Assembly (NCBI GenBank): GCA_051294375.1
Contig: CM119263.1
Location: 23,322,403-23,386,402, forward strand
Length of the DNA: 64,000 nt
Direction: 5' to 3'
Origin: Paraspadella gotoi
Taxonomy: Eukaryota > Animalia > Chaetognatha
Shown in pieces: positions 58,223 through 64,000 of this stretch. The position numbers were made by a program, and so were the translations under genes. The notes under the pieces are model-generated. The model had not been told where the DNA came from and did no database searches. It was given only the letters and a program-made list of their open reading frames with translations. Position 1 is the stretch's first letter; every line of letters starts with the position of its first letter.

Positions 58223-60990
58223 TCACTTGCTCCTTTCGTTTCCACCGCCTTCCGACAGATCGAGCGACTCGGTGTTGTTGTTTTCTTTATTGTGGAGATT
58301 CTTTGGCACATTCATCTGGTTTTTCAAAGTCGTCTGTTGCAATTGAGTCGTCGTTAAATTGCTGTTTATGGTCAAATCGAAGGAATCGTTGGAGCCTTCG
58401 TTGTCGTCCCTGTCAGCGTCGTAACTTCTTACGCGCGTCACTTGGCCGATGTATTGGGGGTTGGAGGCTTTCCTCTTATTGACCCGTGGGGGCAATGCCG
58501 CTTGATCGGCGATGAGGCTCTGGGGGTGAAGAGCTGAGGTTGCGGCGCTGGCGGTGGGGAGGTGGTTTGCGGGGGCCGATGGAGGCGAGGCGGAAGAGGC
58601 GTAGTCTTGCGGACTGGGCGACGACGCCGGGGGGGATTTGGTGGCATCGTGGGGCGCATGCAAGTGATGGAACGGTGAGGCGTCGCGAGAATCGCGCGCA
58701 AATAGCGCCAGGACGCCGTTGGAGGCTGCGATGCCGGCGGCCGTGGGAGGTGGTGGAGTGTCTCCGTGCAGAGGGTAACCTCCGCGAGCAGGGTAAACGG
58801 CGCCCGGGACGCCGACCGTCGAAACAATCGGCGGCGTCAAGGAATGTTCCTTTCGCGAGGGCGACTGACTGCCCTCCGATGAAAAGTCGCTTGAGCCGAG
58901 TGGAAGGTCGGAGGAGGAAAAGTAACCGTGTTGTTGAAACGCCTGTTTAGTATATAATGTTTAATTATCATTATGTTATTATTTTAAATTACCTAGGTTT
59001 TAACAAATATCCGAGTTTTACAAACCTGCTGTTTCTGTCTCATCCGCTGGTTGTGGAACCAATTAATGACGGTTCTGATTCCCAATCCTAAAGTCTCAGC
59101 CAGCTGTTCGATTACATTGGTGCTCGGGTAAGGATCTTTCACGAACGCATCCTAAAAAGCGAAGTTTCAGCATATTTCAGAAGAGTCAGAGATGCGGTGA
59201 AGAAGTTAGTGCCAATTGTGCGAACACACCGAAAATTCTATTACTCATTTTCATAATCTGTCTAAATAATGATACAAATTTACAACACGTCTTTCTTACT
59301 CTCAATGCGTTTTTCTGATCTTCGGTGAAGAGAATCCTGGGCTTTTTGTTTGTTGGACTGTCGTTTGGCGAGTTGTTGGCGTGGGCGCCACCGTTGGCGC
59401 CACCGTGTCCGCCCGTGCTACGCGCCCCTTCGTGGTCTTCGCTCTCCGAGTCGGCGGCGCCCGAGTTGGCGTGACTTGCGCCGTTTGTTGTCGCGCCGCC
59501 AGAGGACGAAGCGTCGAAATCGAAGAGGCGCTCTTTGCGTTTTCGGTTCCCTGTAACACCGACGTATCCGAGAATTAACATTTTATACCTCAAAATGGGC
59601 ATTGGGCATTAAATTTTTCAATTTTTTTTAATGAATTCTGATAGAGCTTTAAAAGTTAGATAAAGGTTATTAATACAAATTTTTTAAATTTTTTTTTTTT
59701 ATTGATAAAAATTTTAAAAAACTATAAAATTCAGCCAATGATGATGATGATGATGATTTTTTAACGTTTTTTCTGTTTTTAACCAATTTCTTGTCAAAAT
59801 TTTTAAAAATTGTAGTACTAACTTTCATTTAACTTTTCAAGCTCTATAGGAATCCGTTCTTAAAAACTAATTTTTAAAAAAAAAATTTTTGTCATTTGTT
59901 ATATATTAATAAATATTTAAAAGCTTCAGTGCAACAACCCAATGAACTAATTCAAAAAGTTGCATTGAAAATCGATTTAGTAATACAAGGAAAAAAGGAA
60001 TTTTTTTGAGAGAATTAAAAGTTATAAAAAGTGTTCAATTTTGGCCCGCCTTATGGGCAAGCTGCATACGACTAAATTACCTCTGATCTGTTCATTCTTG
60101 AAAACTTTCAGCTTGTCGATATTCTCGGCGTCCTGCAGCCACATGTGCATTCTGATGAAGGGCTCACGTCCCTTGAGACTCAGAAGGTGCCACGGTTTCG
60201 GCTTCGACAGCAACTCGCTCACAGAACCCTGGGAAAGCCCCAGCACCGCTTCGCCGAACGTTTTTTGTCCGATGTTGTTGAATTGTAGCACTTCTTTCAC
60301 CCTGAAAGAACGCAATGGGAGAAAAAGAGTCAGTTTTGTTCGTTGAAAGTAGAATTGTTATCTTCAATTTTCTCTTGTTCCTTTCAGTTGACTAACCTGG
60401 ATGTAATTGCGAGAGTGTTGAGTTCCTGAGTCATGGCAGCAATCTCGAGCAGCGACGGTTGAAGCTGCAGCAGCTTTCCGCCGCTTCTTTCGGATTTCGA
60501 GGTGCCGCAAGAAGTCGAAGTCGGCGAGGAGTGGTCACCTAGGAGCGAAGGTGAGGGTAATGCTTAAATGCTCTCTCTCTCACTTTTTCTCTCTCTCTTT
60601 CTCGTTCTCTCACACTCTTAAACACTAACCTTTTGACCGCGACCCAGAATTGTGACTTTTATTTCCTCCGACTATGGCGTTGTTGGCGAGACAATTGGAG
60701 GCGGAGGCGCCGTGAGAGGGGGTTCTGGCTTTTGGCACGTGATTCGGGTAGACAGGTGTGGTGGATACGACGCCCGGCACCGATGCCGGGGGAAAGCCGA
60801 GGGAGGAAGGACTCGGAAGTTCCGTCTTCAGCGGCGGCGAATAGTGATTCATGGATTTGTGGCCTTTTTGGGAGGCAACGGGAAAAGGGTAGGTAAGCTT
60901 TTCTATGGCTTGATAATTTATCAATCATACACTATAAAACCTTCATGATGTGTATGTGCTTTTGGAATTTTTGTCGTTTTTTTTAAATTG

Positions 60991-61042
<52 letters not shown>

Positions 61043-62053
61043 TGATTTAAAAAAGAGTTACTCTTTAATAATGGAGTGGTTTTTTTTATAAAAATACTAA
61101 CTTTTCTTTATTTATTATAATTTGTTTTAACAAACACTTTCAACTAACCTTTTGCCTTTGCCCCCATCAAGTTGTAAGGGTTGGGACTCTCCCGGTTCTG
61201 ATGATTTATTTGCTGCTCCTGCATTATGGACAGCGCCCTCAGTTCTTTCTGTAAATGCAGATCGGCCGGGGCCGGCGCCGCGTCATCGGCGGGCTTGGCG
61301 AGTCGCGGAGCCGCCCCCGACGAGGGAGGGAACTTGGCGCCGTTCGACGTCACCGTCGTCGTCGTCGACGACGTCGAGATCGGCGACGAAAACGGTAGAG
61401 GGAGGGACAGGGAGGCTGCGGCCGCTGCGGCAGCCGCGACGGCGGCGGAGGAGGATCCCGTCACCGGGTGTTTGCATTGAAAGTCGTTGTAGGAGGCGAA
61501 GTCGATCGGGGAGTTGGCATGCGGAACCTTAGATGGCGGAAGGAATAATTATTTGTGTGACCACGTGTGTGATGTGTATTTGTAATATGCGGTTGACTTA
61601 AACTGCGGAGCAATCTCGATCTCACCTGCCCGCCGGCGTTCAACTGCCCGGTGCGCATAAGCTTGTCCGGAGGAATCTTGTATTGCGATGCGACCAATTT
61701 GGGGATGGCCTCCTGATCCTCCAGGAACATCTTCATTCGAATGAAGGGCTCGCGGCCTTTCTGAGTCAACATGTGCCAGGGCTTCGGTCGCGCCAACAGG
61801 TCGGACACCGAGCCTTGCGACAGACCCAGGATACTCTCACCGAACAACCGTTGACTTTTGGTAGAAGGCAGGGAGAGAGGGAGGTAGAGGGGAAAGATGG
61901 AAAATAAAGGGGAAAAATTGGGAGAGGTTAAAGAATAGAAAAGTAGAATCGGTTAATCGCGGGAATGAAATTTATTCGCAACGCCGAGCCGTCGAGACGA
62001 GCATCGTCCAGGCTCGCCGATTTATTCCGGTAATTTTTCCCCCCACTTCTAGA

Positions 62054-62084
<31 letters not shown>

Positions 62085-62085
62085 C

Positions 62086-62138
<53 letters not shown>

Positions 62139-63981
62139 CAGAGAGAGAAAGATATGGTGTCTTCTCCCAGGGGCGACAGGGACGACGTTCGCTCGGCGGA
62201 TCAGCTGTTGCCTTCTGATCGATTGCCTCGCAAACGCGCGGGAAATCGTCTCTAATCTTCCCAATCAATTACGATCCATCGACGCGACGGTTCTCTCTCT
62301 CTCTCTCTCTCACCGTCTCCATCTTCGTCTCATCTCTCTTTGTGTCTCGCCGTTGACACCCAACCCCCCACCACCCTCACCGTCCACCCCCTCACCTAAT
62401 GGAATACTGGCTGAGTAATTCTTTTATCTTGGAAACGACTTCGTCCGTGTTGAGATTTGCATATTTGTCGAATTGATTCTGCGTCACTGGAGGGAGTGCG
62501 GCGCGAACGGGCTTGTAAGGGATGAGAGGGATGGATGGCGTCTGAATGGAATTGGCAATGGATTGCATCTACGAGAGAAGGAAAAGGAGAGAGAGGGGGG
62601 AGGAGGCGTTTTGAGGGGGGCGGAAGTGGTCTACAAGTCTTCGAAATATCAAATTTGGATAAATTTGGATATTTTTTTTCATAATTAGGTTAAAAATCTC
62701 AGAAAGAATGTTTCCCCGCCGTTTCGCCTTTTGTCTCACCTGGGCCAGCGGCGACATCCCGGAGGAAACGGCGGCGGCGATGGAGGAATTGACGGCGTTG
62801 CTGTCGAGGTGGTTGGAGGTTGGCGGGATGAGCGAAGCGAGGGAAGAGTTGATGTGGTTGGCGATGGCGGCGTGAGACTTGGGCGACAGAAGCGCCTCGT
62901 TGGCGTCGCGGATCGAAGGGTGTAGATGATTTGGCAGCGCCGCTAGCGCCGACAGTTGCTGCAGAGCCGCCGCGTTCATGGAGGACAGGTGCCCGAGGCC
63001 GAGGGTCTGCAGGGCGGCGGCCGAAGCAGCAGCGGCCGCGGCGGATCCGAGACTTCCGAGAGGTGGGGCGCCGCCCACTGATCTCGGAGACTCGGGACGG
63101 CCGGTCTCCTCCTTCACTTCAGACTTGTACCCGCCCTGATCGAGGACGGATCTCCTCGACGAAGCTTTGGACGACGCCTCGGAACCGCGCGGCGACATTT
63201 GCGACCGCGCCGCCGCCACCATGTCGAGAAACTGCGCCTCCTCCGAGGCGGCGAAGGCTGCGCTGTTGCGCCGGCCGCGGTGAGACGCGTACCTATCGGC
63301 GTCGAATCCCAGCAGCGAGTTTTGCTTGTTAATCTCGTCCAGCTGCTCCCTGTAAATGCGGGCAACGAAATCTTGGACGGACTCTTCGGTCGACCGCGGC
63401 GGCGCCGGCACTGCGGCCTCATCTCTCTCCGTCTTGACGCTTTCCTCGCGGCGCTGCAGCTTGGGAGGCGTGGCTTCTTCCTCTCGTTTCCAAGGCGCCC
63501 TATCGTCGGCGTCAATGACGAGGCGCGTCGGGCTTGAAGGCGCCGGCGACGGGGACGATTTTCTCCTAAACGCCGTCATCGTCATGTCGATGGGATCTTG
63601 GCACGGACTGGCGCTGCGTTCCGATTCGGCGCCGTCGTCGCTGCACCCTTCCGCGCCGGGAGCGCCGCCGTCTCGTTGCGCCCTCAGGTCCAGCCCGAAG
63701 GCGCCGTCGGGAGCGACGTCGCCGGTGTCTCCGGCGCCGCTTCCGCCGTGCTGCATGGCCAACTGCGCCTCGGAGAGGATCTGAGTGATGCGCTCTTCCG
63801 TTTGCGGATCTTCGGCCCGCGCCGTCGCCGGCTCTCGCCCGCGCTTCGGGTTGAGCGACTTTAAAAATTCGATGTTCTCTTTGTTTTGAACCCACACGTA
63901 CATCTTGCGGTAAGACTCTCGGCCCTTCTCGGTCAGCTTGTCCCAATGCTTGGGTTTGGATAGAAGCTCGCTCACGGTGCC
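58223..63981 (-). CDS. cut: Homeobox protein cut / CUX (three CUT domains plus homeodomain); 5' end lies beyond the window
   Basis: Exons 63981-62740, 62568-62396, 61854-61626, 61527-61149, 60863-60630, 60538-60397, 60301-60081, 59550-59300, 59151-59026 and 58942-58223, phase-consistent. CUT repeats [54 protein letters not shown] and [30 protein letters not shown]. Homeodomain [12 protein letters not shown]...DPYPS...[11 protein letters not shown] with His50. Confidence 0.95.
60993..61042. repeat. (ATT)n microsatellite in a cut intron
   Basis: Directly visible. Confidence 0.95.
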
Positions 63982-64000
63982 CTGATGGGTTTAAGATAAA

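Noticed and set aside
58105-63946. Antisense and alternative-frame ORFs over cut exons
   Set aside because: Explained by stop-codon scarcity in GC-rich coding DNA.

Overview
Eukaryotic (invertebrate bilaterian, probably protostome) genomic DNA. Introns and intergenic DNA are AT-rich, with many microsatellites, three N gaps and nested non-autonomous transposons. I reconstructed six spliced genes by hand from splice sites with consistent phases. Five are on the minus strand: sprouty (11511-13262); a 5-exon GPI-anchored Ly6/uPAR three-finger gene absent from the ORF track (20276-25543); an 11-coding-exon RXR/USP with a divergent ligand-binding domain (34686-41636); a ~1253-aa protein with degenerate Puf-like repeats and an RS-rich tail (44670-51353); and the 3' part of cut/CUX (58223-63981). 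The sixth, on the plus strand and head-to-head with the Ly6 gene, is an unrecognised ~100-aa microprotein gene (signal peptide, furin-type site, single TM helix) with duplicated alternative transmembrane exons (27147-29687). Also present are a cluster of nuclear-receptor half-sites upstream of RXR, Penelope-type minimal hammerhead motifs, a tRNA-derived SINE family, hAT MITEs with 8-bp TSDs and Helentron/DINE-1-like elements. No database searches were run; family calls rest on remembered motifs.
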